A DNA stretch of 64,000 nucleotides from Polyangia bacterium (GTDB taxonomy: Bacteria > Myxococcota_A > Polyangia > JAAYKL01), in the NCBI GenBank assembly GCA_050287845.1, contig JBNKCR010000034.1, positions 42,704 to 106,703 on the forward strand. The letters run 5' to 3'. Made by a program: the position numbers and the translations under genes. The notes below the pieces were generated by a model. That model did not search any database. It saw nothing but the letters and a program-made list of their open reading frames with translations, and was not told the DNA's origin. Position 1 is the first letter of the stretch. Each line of letters starts with the position of its first letter. Shown one piece after another: positions 21,539-31,851 of this stretch.

Positions 21539-22618
21539 ATGCGAAGGTTTCGGGTATCTCTCTTTCTGTCGATGATGATGGCATGCAGTGAAAATGCCGG
21601 GATGACGCCACCAACGGATGCGATGGATACCACGGATTCCGGCTCGGGTTGGGAAACGGTCAGCGCCGGCGCGGATACAGCAACCGCCGCGGATACGTGT
21701 ATGTCATCCCGTCCCTTTGGGGAAGATGCACCCTGGAATGTGCCTGTGGCAAATCTGCCGGTGCATCCACAGTCGGCTACATATAGTGCGATGCTGTGGA
21801 ACAGTAGCACGGCGGACCGGCCGGGAAATTTCAACCTGACTTTCGATGGATACACGTATCCGGTATATGAATTGATGGGCAATGAAGTGGAAGTGCCTGT
21901 GGAAATCACCATGGACTGGGGGTCCAATATCGACGGTGGCACCATGCCCTGGAATCCGGATTGGCAGGAGGCCACCGGCAGTGATGGGCAAATCATTGTA
22001 CTGGACCCGGCCACCGGCAGAGAATGGGATCTCTGGCAGGTCAGTTACAGCAATAACATGGTGACGGCCTCCAACGGTAATCTGGTGGATGGCAGTTATT
22101 GGACAAAAGAGACGGGATTTGCACCCTCCAGGGGGTGCGGCATTCCATATCTGGCCATGCTGGTGCGCCCCTTTGAAATTGCATGCGGTGAAATCCGGCA
22201 TGCGCTGTCGATGCCCATTGCCAATCCCAGTGGCGACGAATTCGTGGCGCCCGCCACCAAACTCGAGCATCCGGAGTTGAATGCCGGGATTCCCGAGGGG
22301 ATGCGGTTTGCCATCAATGTGACTGACGCCGAGATCGATGCGTGGGTTAACGGACTGCCCGCCGCATTGGGGGAGCAGACGCGACGCAGTGCCCGAATCA
22401 TCGGCACAGCGTTGAGAGACTATGGCTGGTTTATTACTGATATCAGCGGTGGCGCCCATCTGCAGTTTGAAGATCGGATCACTGGAGAAACGGAATGGAT
22501 TGCCCTTGGTCTGCATGAACAGGAAGTGGATTGGTCCGTGTACCCGAGGGATTTTCTGGACGGTCTCGTTACCGAAGACAACATCTATGCCATTGTACCC
22601 AGCGACGAGTATCCGTGA
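21539..22618 (+). CDS. Lipoprotein of unknown function
   Basis: SD GAGGAG, lipobox MMAC, D/T linker, then a globular domain (PWNVPV...DGQIIVLD...IRHAL...EGMRF...ALRDYGWFITD). GTG 21533 is an alternative start. Confidence 0.7.
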   Translation: MRRFRVSLFLSMMMACSENAGMTPPTDAMDTTDSGSGWETVSAGADTATAADTCMSSRPFGEDAPWNVPVANLPVHPQSATYSAMLWNSSTADRPGNFNLTFDGYTYPVYELMGNEVEVPVEITMDWGSNIDGGTMPWNPDWQEATGSDGQIIVLDPATGREWDLWQVSYSNNMVTASNGNLVDGSYWTKETGFAPSRGCGIPYLAMLVRPFEIACGEIRHALSMPIANPSGDEFVAPATKLEHPELNAGIPEGMRFAINVTDAEIDAWVNGLPAALGEQTRRSARIIGTALRDYGWFITDISGGAHLQFEDRITGETEWIALGLHEQEVDWSVYPRDFLDGLVTEDNIYAIVPSDEYP

Positions 22619-22652
22619 TGAACTTGAATGATTTCAACTCAAGGGAGTACCA

Positions 22653-22814
22653 ATGAAGAAATTTGCAATCATGGCGGGCGGCACCATTTTCAGTTACGGC
22701 GGCTGGTACTTCGGCGCACTGTTCGGGGAATTCGGTATTCCTCTTCTCTTCAGTGCCATTGCCGGCATCGCAGGGGTGATACTTACCTGGAAACTGGTAC
22801 AGCGGTTTTCGTAG
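22653..22814 (+). CDS. 53-aa two-helix membrane microprotein (below the ORF-track size cutoff)
   Basis: SD AGGGAG; translation MKKFAIMAGGTIFSYGGWYFGALFGEFGIPLLFSAIAGIAGVILTWKLVQRFS. Confidence 0.7.
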   Translation: MKKFAIMAGGTIFSYGGWYFGALFGEFGIPLLFSAIAGIAGVILTWKLVQRFS

Positions 22815-22990
22815 TGGGATACATCCGGATTTCGTGTTTTGGTTCAGCAATTAAAGCAAGCGGAAATAAAAGAGGATGAGTCCGATGCCGTAGCTGGTGG
22901 CGTTGGCAATCAGGGAGATGGAGAGGGCGGTTTTTGAATGGAGTGTTTTGATATTGGGGCGGTCTATTGGGATGAAAAATTCTATTTCCA

Positions 22991-22999
22991 TGCTACTAT
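22991..22999 (+). promoter_or_regulatory. Extended -10 element 6 nt before the GspE/PilB start (leaderless-type geometry)
   Basis: TG-C-TACTAT-CCATCC-ATG with no SD. Confidence 0.45.
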
Positions 23000-23005
23000 C
23001 CATCC

Positions 23006-24829
23006 ATGAGAACTCAACGTGTTACTGTAGAAGAATTGAGCCAGCTGCTATTTGAAAAAGAAATGCTGAGTGGCGATCAGGTCCGCGAGGCGGTGGTGCG
23101 CGCCGAAAGTCAGCGGGCACGTCTGGCGTTTGAAAAGTCAACGGGAAATGGTGGTCCGGGGGGAGGCAAGAGAGACAAAAAAGCCATTACCGCCGCCGAA
23201 ATCATTGCGTCGTTTCAGTTTCCCATTCACAATTCACAACAGCCGCAAACCCTTGATGAGGATACCATTGTCAGAACCCTGGCGGAGGCCCTGGGCATTC
23301 CATATGTAAATATTGATCCGCTCAAACTTGATTCCAATCTCATCACCAGTACGGTGTCGTTGCCGTTTGCCAGGCGCACGAGCGTATTGCCCCTGACGAA
23401 AAGTGAAAATGAGTTGACCGTCGCAGTGTGTAATCCTCACGACACGGAGCTGTTTGAGGAACTGCGCGTTCTCACCCGGATGGAGATTCGGCCGGTGCTG
23501 GCCATGCGCAGCGACATTCAGCGATTCATCACCGAGGTCTACGGGTTTAAAAAGTCGGTTACCAACGCCGCCAGGGAGATGGGACAGGGGGTGGACATTG
23601 GCAATCTGGAGCAGTTGTTTCAGCTGAGTAAAGTGGACGAAATTGAAAGCAATGATCAGCATGTGGTCAATGCCGTGGATTACCTGCTGCATTACGCATT
23701 CAATCAGCGCGCCTCCGATATTCATATCGAACCCAAGCGGCAGCACAGCCAGGTACGCATGCGAATCGATGGGGTACTGCACGATATATACAAAATTCCA
23801 AAGTCTGTGCATCCCGCGGTCATCAGTCGAATCAAAACCATGTCCCGTCTGGATTTGGCGGAGAAAAGACGACCGCAGGATGGGCGATTCAAGAGCCAGA
23901 AGGATGACGCGGAAGTGGAGATGCGGGTGTCCACCCTGCCGGTGGCATTCGGGGAAAAGATGGTGATTCGTATCTTCGATCCGTCGGTTCTGATTCAGGA
24001 TACGGCGGATTTGGGGTTTGAGGCGTCCCATCACCGCACGTACATGGATTTTGTTGACCGTCCCAATGGGCTGATTCTGGTGACGGGCCCCACGGGCTCC
24101 GGGAAAACCACGACCCTGTATTCCACACTGCGGTATCTCAGTTCTTCGGAAGTGAATGTGGTGAGCATCGAAGATCCCATTGAGATGGTCATCGAATCGT
24201 TCAACCAGATTGCCATCCAACCCAAAATCGGAATAACTTTCGCCTCCGCCCTTCGACATGTGCTTCGCCAGGACCCGGATATTATTATGGTTGGCGAAAT
24301 CCGTGACAGCGAAACGGCCGAACAGGCCATTCAGGCCGCCCTTACCGGGCATCTGGTCATTTCCACGCTGCATACCAATGATAGCGCGTCGAGTATCACC
24401 CGATTGCTGGAACTCGGAGCCAATCCACATCTGGTGGCGTCGGTGCTGGTGGGAGTAGTGGCGCAGCGGCTGGTCCGATGCGTGTGCAATAAATGTCGGA
24501 CAGAGACGTCCCTGACCCCCGAACAGCTTGATATCCTGGGTATTGATCTCGATTCCAGCAATAAATCAACGTTGAAAGTGTTTGAGGGTATCGGTTGTGT
24601 GCACTGCAGAAATACCGGACTCTACGGCCGAATTGGCGTATTTGAGCTGCTTCGGGTAAATGACGCTATCCGGGAACTGATTCTGAGTCAGGCAGACGCA
24701 CCTGCCATTCTCCGTGCGGCCCGGGCGGATGGCACCGTCACATTGCGGGAGTCCGCCATTCGAAAACTGGCAGAGGGGATCACCTGTTTCGATGAAGTGA
24801 TTCGCGCCACGTTGGACGTGGATGGGTAA
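23006..24829 (+). CDS. GspE/PulE/PilB-family secretion/pilus ATPase
   Basis: ASDIHIEP, RPQDGR, Walker A GPTGSGKTTT, IEDPIE, LRQDPDIIMVGEIRD, TGHL, and Cys4 zinc motif (CNKC...CVHC). Confidence 0.93.
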   Translation: MRTQRVTVEELSQLLFEKEMLSGDQVREAVVRAESQRARLAFEKSTGNGGPGGGKRDKKAITAAEIIASFQFPIHNSQQPQTLDEDTIVRTLAEALGIPYVNIDPLKLDSNLITSTVSLPFARRTSVLPLTKSENELTVAVCNPHDTELFEELRVLTRMEIRPVLAMRSDIQRFITEVYGFKKSVTNAAREMGQGVDIGNLEQLFQLSKVDEIESNDQHVVNAVDYLLHYAFNQRASDIHIEPKRQHSQVRMRIDGVLHDIYKIPKSVHPAVISRIKTMSRLDLAEKRRPQDGRFKSQKDDAEVEMRVSTLPVAFGEKMVIRIFDPSVLIQDTADLGFEASHHRTYMDFVDRPNGLILVTGPTGSGKTTTLYSTLRYLSSSEVNVVSIEDPIEMVIESFNQIAIQPKIGITFASALRHVLRQDPDIIMVGEIRDSETAEQAIQAALTGHLVISTLHTNDSASSITRLLELGANPHLVASVLVGVVAQRLVRCVCNKCRTETSLTPEQLDILGIDLDSSNKSTLKVFEGIGCVHCRNTGLYGRIGVFELLRVNDAIRELILSQADAPAILRAARADGTVTLRESAIRKLAEGITCFDEVIRATLDVDG

Positions 24830-24849
24830 GCAGCTCGATTCGGCATGGC

Positions 24850-24879
24850 AGGTGTCCGTATGGACGATGCACCTTTTTT
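24850..24879 (+). terminator. Possible intrinsic terminator after the ATPase gene
   Basis: AGGTG-TCC-GTAT-GGA...CACCT followed by a T-run. Confidence 0.45.
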
Positions 24880-24995
24880 GGGATTCCAGATGGGTATAAA
24901 TTCTGCTCATTTAATATTTTTTCAATAATTATGCATTTCAGTGATTGCTCCCGTCGATTCCGTACGCTATGATATAAATCGTCGAGAGGATAAAA

Positions 24996-25370
24996 ATGAC
25001 TGAAAAATCCGATGGGGAAACCAAAGTTGTTTCCAGAAAAGGTGACGGTAGAGACTCGTCTATTCCGGTGACCATCCGGGCGAAGCTGTTTGTCACCAAT
25101 GGGGAGAGCAGCGGCACCACTTTTTATCTGGAGAAAAACAGGACAACCGTTGGAAGAAGCGGAAAATCCGATATCCAGATTAATGACGAGCAGGCCTCCA
25201 GAGTCCATCTTGAAATATCCTTCTCACACATGGAATTTCGAATTCGTGATTTGAACAGTTCCAACGGCACATATCTCAATGGTTCATCCGTCGTCGAATA
25301 TGCGCTCCGGAACAACGACAAAATCATGATTGGCGAAACCATGCTGCATTTCACCATTGAGCGCATCTGA
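24996..25370 (+). CDS. FHA domain protein
   Basis: VGR, ASRVH, DLNSSNGTYLNG motifs. Confidence 0.9.
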   Translation: MTEKSDGETKVVSRKGDGRDSSIPVTIRAKLFVTNGESSGTTFYLEKNRTTVGRSGKSDIQINDEQASRVHLEISFSHMEFRIRDLNSSNGTYLNGSSVVEYALRNNDKIMIGETMLHFTIERI

Positions 25371-25384
25371 ATCAATATTTGAAT

Positions 25385-27040
25385 TCAATCTGTGAGAAGA
25401 GCGGTTGTTTCAGTAAACCGAAGAGGATGATCGGTATGGCGGCTGCAGACGCTGAGGGAATATGCGAAATCTCTGAACCATATTTGAAATGACGAGCCCT
25501 GCTTGTTCCGTTCCGCATGAAAGATTTGAATGGGATACAGTTTGCCATCTGTCAGGTGGAGATCCGTAGCAGTGTCTTTGGACAGTTCGATGCTGTCGAC
25601 TTCAGGCCCGTGGAGTCCGCCCAAATCAATGATCAGCCTGCCGTTGATAAACACCCACACATCGTCATCTCCCAGAATATCAATGGTGACGGCCCGGGTT
25701 GCATCAAACACAAACCAGTAGACGAGTTGCGAAGTGAAATAAAAATTGTGCTGGTTCTCTTCGCCGGTGATCTCACTTTCCCACAACCAGCTGCCTGAGC
25801 TGGTGTATTCCGGCGGGATCCTGGCGCTATCCATATCGGTCTCGATGGTATCCACCGGGAAGAAGAGCGGTGTACCATCGTACTCTTTACCCAGTTCGTC
25901 CCGCCATCTGTCGCCATTGTCTCTATATCTGTTCACATAGGTTGGGGAGGCCAGAGACGTGTTTCGAAACATTAAAAATTCGCTGGAAATATCGGGGGTT
26001 CCGGTGTACCAGTCTGCCAGATGATCCACACATCCGACCGGTGCGTCCTCCGCCACGACAGGCAATCCATTGTCCAGGGTATCCGATATCAGGTCTTCCG
26101 TCAGCTTGCCACAGCTCGCACCCCCGAAATCTTCATCGGCTTCGGTAAAATCTCTGTAATACGCCCGAAGCTGAATGGTGCAGTCTGAGGCGGATTCACA
26201 TTCGCATGGGCAGCTGTAACCGGGCTCAATTGTACAGGTTGATGAACAGCCGTCGCCATCTTCGAGATTGTCGTCATCACATTCTTCTCCGGCAACGATA
26301 CCGTCGCCACAGACCGATTCGCATCCATTGGCGTCGGGAATGCTGTCGCAAATGGGTTCCAGCTGACAATCCGGCGTACAGCCATCCATTGCCAGATTGT
26401 TTCCGTCGTCGCACTCTTCGTTGTCCATAACCGTGCCATCGCCGCAATAGGGGGGAACATCTTCTGAATCTTCGGTTTCCGACTCAGTATCGACCGAGGA
26501 GTCGGACCCTATATCTGCAGTGTCAGTGTTTTCAGTGACGGTGCCTGACTCTGAATCTGTACTCTCGGTATCAGCGGTATCAATGGTATCGCCTGTATCT
26601 GTGGTATCTGTGGTATCGTATCCGATATCCACCGTGCCCGATTCTGTGGACGAATCCGTCCCACCGGGAGTGGCGGTGTCTGAGTCGGTGGGGCTGCTGT
26701 TATCAATGGAAGTGGACTCCGTATCCGGGGAGTCGGTGGTGACGGTGTCACTTTCGCTGCCGACATTTGTATCATCGAATTGTTTGCTATCGGTACTGAC
26801 ATACTGCAGGCACTGAAAAATACCGTTGATTGGCGTGCACTGAAGACCGCTTGCCGTACAGTCCGACCAGGAGTTCCAGACGCCGGCGTGGCATCTCTGT
26901 ACCACATTGTCGGTGCAGCGTGTACTGCCCTCTGCACAGGTGTCATCCGTTATGGGGATATCGTCGCTTGCGCAGCCGGCAAACAGTAAAAGGAAGAGGA
27001 AAAAGAACGGGACAGGAGAAACAATATGTGCAGATTTCAT
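25385..27040 (-). CDS. Lipoprotein with 6-Cys module, D/T/S stalk, myxobacterial Cys-rich repeats (DUF4215-like) and fibro-slime/PA14 domain
   Basis: Lipobox FAGC; two CGDG...EECDDxN...DGC repeats; HNFYFTS...GDDDVWVFING...DLGGLH...FHAER. Confidence 0.85.
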   Translation of the reverse strand: MKSAHIVSPVPFFFLFLLLFAGCASDDIPITDDTCAEGSTRCTDNVVQRCHAGVWNSWSDCTASGLQCTPINGIFQCLQYVSTDSKQFDDTNVGSESDTVTTDSPDTESTSIDNSSPTDSDTATPGGTDSSTESGTVDIGYDTTDTTDTGDTIDTADTESTDSESGTVTENTDTADIGSDSSVDTESETEDSEDVPPYCGDGTVMDNEECDDGNNLAMDGCTPDCQLEPICDSIPDANGCESVCGDGIVAGEECDDDNLEDGDGCSSTCTIEPGYSCPCECESASDCTIQLRAYYRDFTEADEDFGGASCGKLTEDLISDTLDNGLPVVAEDAPVGCVDHLADWYTGTPDISSEFLMFRNTSLASPTYVNRYRDNGDRWRDELGKEYDGTPLFFPVDTIETDMDSARIPPEYTSSGSWLWESEITGEENQHNFYFTSQLVYWFVFDATRAVTIDILGDDDVWVFINGRLIIDLGGLHGPEVDSIELSKDTATDLHLTDGKLYPIQIFHAERNKQGSSFQIWFRDFAYSLSVCSRHTDHPLRFTETTALLTD

Positions 27041-27328
27041 GACTTAAGACCTCCTTGAGCACTCGGATGCACCCTCCGTCATGGGGAAGGTTCGGAGACT
27101 ATAACACCAATCGATTACAATGTGGTAATAATATCGCGGAGAATTTTGTTCCGCAAATTGAAATAATCATTGAAATAACTGATTTTGAAGTGGTTTAATT
27201 CGTCTATAGATTTTTTCGCGACTTATTCGGCCTGACCCTGTGCGTCGATTCGGTAGTGATTCGGTGGTGACGTGGACCTTGATTCAGTTGTTTGGGAAAA
27301 AGCAGATGAACAGGTGAACCCGGGGATT

Positions 27329-27979
27329 TCAGAAAAGGTCACTGCCGGCGTTGGCGTCCTTTTTCTGCTGTTCCGACTCTTCCTGTCTGCGCTGCTCTTC
27401 TTCGCGCCGTTTCATGGCTTCCATTTCTTTTTGCATCTCTTTTTGCTGATGTTCGATGCGTTTTTGCTGATCCAGCTGATTCTGGGAGATGCCTTTGGTC
27501 GCGAACTGTCCGGTAGCCATGGTTTTGCCGTGGCTTTGAACTTCCACGAAATACTTGCGATTCGCATCAAACGTGGGGCGCGTCAACGTGGCTCTGCCCA
27601 GAAGACTTTTGGCGTTTCGATCCTGGGTGTACTGAGTCACCGAGCCGCGGAACTCCCGCATACCACCACCGGAACCGTTTCCAATATCGTAAAATACCAT
27701 TTCAACTTCATAGTCACCGATGGGTTTTCGGAAAAACGCCATGGCCTTGAAGGCCCATTCATTGTCCGCATTGGCCGATACAACGTCAGTGCGGTGCTTT
27801 TTAAGGAAATTGACGAAACCGTTTTTGGTATTGAACCATGTGGGTGGAATCTGGTCGAGGACCAGGACTTTTCCAGCGAAAACGTTTTCTGCATTTGCCG
27901 CAAAAACCGTGTGGATTGTACCTACAAGCAGCAGCAGGCCAATGGTGATTCCTATGGTTCCTGAAATAGACTTTTTCAT
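27329..27979 (-). CDS. Secreted hypothetical protein with C-terminal coiled coil
   Basis: SD GAGGAGG, signal peptide, Q/E/K-rich C-terminus. Confidence 0.7.
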   Translation of the reverse strand: MKKSISGTIGITIGLLLLVGTIHTVFAANAENVFAGKVLVLDQIPPTWFNTKNGFVNFLKKHRTDVVSANADNEWAFKAMAFFRKPIGDYEVEMVFYDIGNGSGGGMREFRGSVTQYTQDRNAKSLLGRATLTRPTFDANRKYFVEVQSHGKTMATGQFATKGISQNQLDQQKRIEHQQKEMQKEMEAMKRREEEQRRQEESEQQKKDANAGSDLF

Positions 27980-28300
27980 TTTAAGATGCCTCCTCTAAGG
28001 TCCGGACGGTTGGCTGTCCAATTATCTGCGCAACATATTGCACCCAAACGGACGATTTTTCCACCCCATTTTCCACACATAGTGAAATCAAAGATGGAAA
28101 ATCTGGTTTTCACTGGGCTTCAGCGTCTATTTTGTGCAGTATTTTTAAAACTGTAGCGAGTTTCTGACGCCCAGAGACTGTAGACGGCAATTTCTCTGTT
28201 GAATTTAGTGCTGTTGAATTTTTACCGGGATTGTTTTATGGTGCGTTGGCTCAACAACATCTGCGCCGGGGCTCAGAGCCAGGCAGAGTGTACATGCAAC

Positions 28301-28876
28301 ATGAGGATTATTACGGGAACTGCACGGGGACGTCGATTGATTGTTCCATCAACCAATGATGTCAGACCCACCACGGATCGGGTGAGAGAGGCACTTTTTT
28401 CTCATCTTGCAGATAGCGTCCACCAGGGGGATGTTCTGGATTTATTTGCCGGAAGTGGTGCGCTGGGGCTTGAGTCGTTGAGTCGGGGTGCGCGGAGTGT
28501 GGTGTTTGTGGAGCAATCCAGGGCTACGTTTTCCTGTCTGAAAAAAAATATTGTCGCGCTCGGGTTTGACCACAGCTGTACCTGTTATCTGACGAATGCG
28601 CTGAGCTGGCTGAAAAGATTGAAGAGCAGCGGACGGCAATTTGATTTGATTTTTCTGGATCCACCTTACGATGGCAACTATCTTCTGCCGGTTCTCGATT
28701 TGATCGTGGATACCCGTTGCCTGGCTTTAACGGGGATCATTGTTACGGAGCATCGGGAGGGATTCAATCTGGACGACATGGGTTTGAATCCGGCGTTATC
28801 CGTGCGACGCAAAAAACAGTATGGAAAAACGGCAATTACAACTTTGGAATGGTCCCCTCAGCCGAAGAATGGCTAG
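28301..28876 (+). CDS. rsmD: 16S rRNA m2G966 methyltransferase
   Basis: MRIITG, RPTTDRVREALF, LDLFAGSGALGLE, FLDPPY, YG motifs; followed by coaD. Confidence 0.93.
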   Translation: MRIITGTARGRRLIVPSTNDVRPTTDRVREALFSHLADSVHQGDVLDLFAGSGALGLESLSRGARSVVFVEQSRATFSCLKKNIVALGFDHSCTCYLTNALSWLKRLKSSGRQFDLIFLDPPYDGNYLLPVLDLIVDTRCLALTGIIVTEHREGFNLDDMGLNPALSVRRKKQYGKTAITTLEWSPQPKNG

Positions 28877-28900
28877 GCCCCAAACAGTCTGGATAGTATC

Positions 28901-29386
28901 GTGACACAAAGAATAGCAATCTACCCCGGTTCATTTGACCCCATCACAAACGGGCATCTCGATATCATTAAACGTTCATTGGGTATTTTCGACAAGATTA
29001 TTGTGGGAATCGCCGTGAATTCACGAAAGCAGACCCTGTTTACCCGGGAGGAACGTCTGTCAATAACCAGCGATGTCTTTGTCGCTGAACCGCGGGTGGA
29101 AGTGGACGCTTTCGAGGGCCTGACGGTGGCGTACGCCCGCGCGCGAAATGCCTGTGCCATATTGCGCGGGTTGAGAGCGGTGGCTGACTTCGAGTACGAA
29201 TTGCAGATGGCCAACATGAATCGCAAACTCAACGAAGAGCTGGAAACGGTTTTTATGATGACCTCTGAAAAATCATTTTTTGTGAGTTCTCAGAACGTGA
29301 AGGAAGTGGCCAGATTCGGTGGCGATATCAGCGAACTGGTGCCCGCCAATGTAGCAGAACAGCTGTCGCGAAAATTCAACATCTGA
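28901..29386 (+). CDS. coaD: Phosphopantetheine adenylyltransferase
   Basis: YPGSFDPITNGH, RGLRAVADFEYE, VSS motifs. Confidence 0.96.
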   Translation: MTQRIAIYPGSFDPITNGHLDIIKRSLGIFDKIIVGIAVNSRKQTLFTREERLSITSDVFVAEPRVEVDAFEGLTVAYARARNACAILRGLRAVADFEYELQMANMNRKLNEELETVFMMTSEKSFFVSSQNVKEVARFGGDISELVPANVAEQLSRKFNI

Positions 29387-31073
29387 CTCTGGTCAGTGTT
29401 TCGGCGGGAGAGGGTGATGCGGCAGTCTCCTGCGGTCTGATAATTCTGGAAAATAAGACGAGGGAAAAAAGTGTGCAGAAGATTCCAGAGGAGATCACCT
29501 GACCCGCCGTTTGAATATCACCGGGAAGGGGGTTGAGGATCAGGTACATCGCGCCACTGGTGAAGAACGGTAAAAAGAACCATCGAAGCTGATATATACC
29601 CGAAATCGAAGTGTGTTGTCGCCGTTCCGGACTGGATGCTCCCCCGAATTGTCTCGCTGCCATGAGAACGATCCAGGTTTTGGCAACGAAAATCATGAGA
29701 GATACAAGCAGCAGCCAGATGCTGCCTGCCCGGGCCAGTTGCGACATTCCGGGAAGCGTCCATCCGCCAAGACAGAAAAACACGACCAGCATTGCGCCGC
29801 TGATTGTTTGAAGCCACGCGGATACATGGACAAGTGGAGTGCATCGGTCTGGAAACCGTCCGGGCCAGAGGAGCGAGATGGCAAGAATACAGCTGAGCAT
29901 CATGAGCGGGTTTTCGAAGACATGAAAACCAAAAAGTGTTCTGGATTGCGCCATAGTCAGTTCATACAGACCAAAACTGTTGCCGGCGGCCCCTCCCATC
30001 AGCAGAACAGTGCACACACTGAAGAGATTTCCCAGCGCGTTGGACAGGCGGTGGGCCAGTGACTGGGTACTGTAGAATAGCAATATCGCAGTACAGATGA
30101 GCTGGATGGCCACCAGCATGATGGTACCACTCAGATTGAGCATTCCGGCAATGACGACCGCCGGAAAAAGTACGGTAACCAGCGCCGCGGCGGCATATCC
30201 AATAACAAAGGGGATTGGATTTCGCTGTGGTGTGGCCCGACGGGAGGCTTTTCCCCGCCACATGGGAAGAACAAAAGCCAGAAACAGCCCCATCACCAGT
30301 GAAGTGAGCACAATGGCCACAAATTCATCGGTTTCGATGGTGTCCAGAGCGGGATTGGTATTCACTTTCAGTGAGGTGCCCTCTGGAAGCACAAATTCCA
30401 GTATGTGGGGTTCAGTCAGTGTCAACCCTGCCAGCTCGTCCAGGCTGAACAGGGGAAATCCATCAATGGAAATCAGTCTGGCACCGACAGGGATGCCGGT
30501 TTGCTCGGCAAAGCTGTTGGGAATCACGCCATCCACTGCCACAGAATCGTCGGTCACATTGGGTTCGAGCAGCAACCCGAGCACTTTCATGGTCTTTTTG
30601 GCTTCCCGCAGTTTCAGTGCGTGAATCCTGACGCCGCCGCCGGTGGGACGGAATTCCAGCTGTAGCCCGGGGCTCTGTCCACTCAGGGACACAGCGCTGT
30701 CCAGCTGAATTTCCGGGAAAGACACAATGGCGACACCGTTGAACCGCAGGGATTCCCGGGCAAGAAGGTCCATCTGATACGTCGAAATCGGTACTTCAAT
30801 CCGATTTTCAGAAACAGCGGTTCCCCAGAGCTTTCGGTAAAACGGTCTGGCGGGCTTGAGTCCCATGGGCTTGGCTGTACCTTCCAGAACGATGCGGGCT
30901 TTGCCTTCAATGAAGCCCTCGCCCTCAATAACCATCACATCGCCGGGTTCGATGACTTCAGGGGTGATATTCCGGACTGAATACAGGTCGACGGTTGGAG
31001 ATTCTCCGCATCCGCCAAGAGGAATCCAGAGTATCAGAAATGGAATCAGAAAGATTTTTTTCACAGCACGCAT
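29376..31073 (-). CDS. Lipoprotein-type N-terminus plus PDZ-like domain plus degenerate NuoH-like multi-pass membrane domain
   Basis: Lipobox-like LGGC; PNSFAEQTGIPVGARLISIDG (PDZ-like); LYELTMAQ...FENP, FCLGGW and FVAKT recall NuoH/ND1 helices. Confidence 0.55.
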   Translation of the reverse strand: MRAVKKIFLIPFLILWIPLGGCGESPTVDLYSVRNITPEVIEPGDVMVIEGEGFIEGKARIVLEGTAKPMGLKPARPFYRKLWGTAVSENRIEVPISTYQMDLLARESLRFNGVAIVSFPEIQLDSAVSLSGQSPGLQLEFRPTGGGVRIHALKLREAKKTMKVLGLLLEPNVTDDSVAVDGVIPNSFAEQTGIPVGARLISIDGFPLFSLDELAGLTLTEPHILEFVLPEGTSLKVNTNPALDTIETDEFVAIVLTSLVMGLFLAFVLPMWRGKASRRATPQRNPIPFVIGYAAAALVTVLFPAVVIAGMLNLSGTIMLVAIQLICTAILLFYSTQSLAHRLSNALGNLFSVCTVLLMGGAAGNSFGLYELTMAQSRTLFGFHVFENPLMMLSCILAISLLWPGRFPDRCTPLVHVSAWLQTISGAMLVVFFCLGGWTLPGMSQLARAGSIWLLLVSLMIFVAKTWIVLMAARQFGGASSPERRQHTSISGIYQLRWFFLPFFTSGAMYLILNPLPGDIQTAGQVISSGIFCTLFSLVLFSRIIRPQETAASPSPAETLTRVRC

Positions 31074-31261
31074 CAATGATATCAATACCGAAACGGCATT
31101 TGCGAAATCCAGTTTTTGGCGTTCATTATTCAGCAATTCACAATATTGTGAGAAGCTTGCTATCGCGCGATCAAAGTATTGAAGATTTGCCCGCAATGTG
31201 TCAGTGTGTGCCTGAATTTCACAGGCAATCATCAAATGTAAAATGCATTTCAGGAGGCAAT

Positions 31262-31837
31262 ATGAAGAGCATCAAAGGAACAAAAACAGAACAGAATCTG
31301 CTGAAGGCTTTCGCCGGGGAATCTCAGGCAAGGAATCGGTACACATATTTCGCATCTGTGGCAAAGAAGGAAGGCTATGTTCAGATTGCGGACGTTTTTG
31401 AGGAAACAGCCAATCAGGAGAAAGAGCATGCTAAGCGCTTTTTCAAATTTCTGGAAGGCGGGATGGTTGAGATCACAGCATCGTATCCGGCTGGACGTAT
31501 TGGCACCACCGCTGAAAATCTGAAAGCGGCTGCCGGCGGTGAGCATGAAGAGTGGACCGAACTGTATCCCGCGTTTGCAAAAGTGGCCCGTGAGGAAGGA
31601 TTTGAAGCGGTGGCAGTGGTGTTCGAAAAGGTTTGCATTGCAGAAAAACAGCACGAGAAGCGCTATCTGGATTTGTTGAAAAATGTTGAGACCGGCATGG
31701 TATTCAAGAAAGATGAGAAAGTGACCTGGCGCTGTCGCAATTGCGGGTATCTCCACGACGGCGAAGAAGCCCCAGCCATATGTCCGGCATGTGCTCATCC
31801 CCAGGCGCACTTTGAATTGCTGGGCGAGAACTGGTAA
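31262..31837 (+). CDS. rbr: Rubrerythrin
   Basis: AFAGESQARNRY, EKEHAK, EKQHEKRY; C-terminal rubredoxin WRCRNCGY...CPACAH. Confidence 0.96.
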   Translation: MKSIKGTKTEQNLLKAFAGESQARNRYTYFASVAKKEGYVQIADVFEETANQEKEHAKRFFKFLEGGMVEITASYPAGRIGTTAENLKAAAGGEHEEWTELYPAFAKVAREEGFEAVAVVFEKVCIAEKQHEKRYLDLLKNVETGMVFKKDEKVTWRCRNCGYLHDGEEAPAICPACAHPQAHFELLGENW

Positions 31838-31851
31838 CCCACTCCTCTGTT

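Noticed and set aside
27158..27190. TTGAAATAA direct repeat or IHF-like site upstream of the fibro-slime gene
   Set aside because: Short and AT-rich, so it could easily arise by chance.
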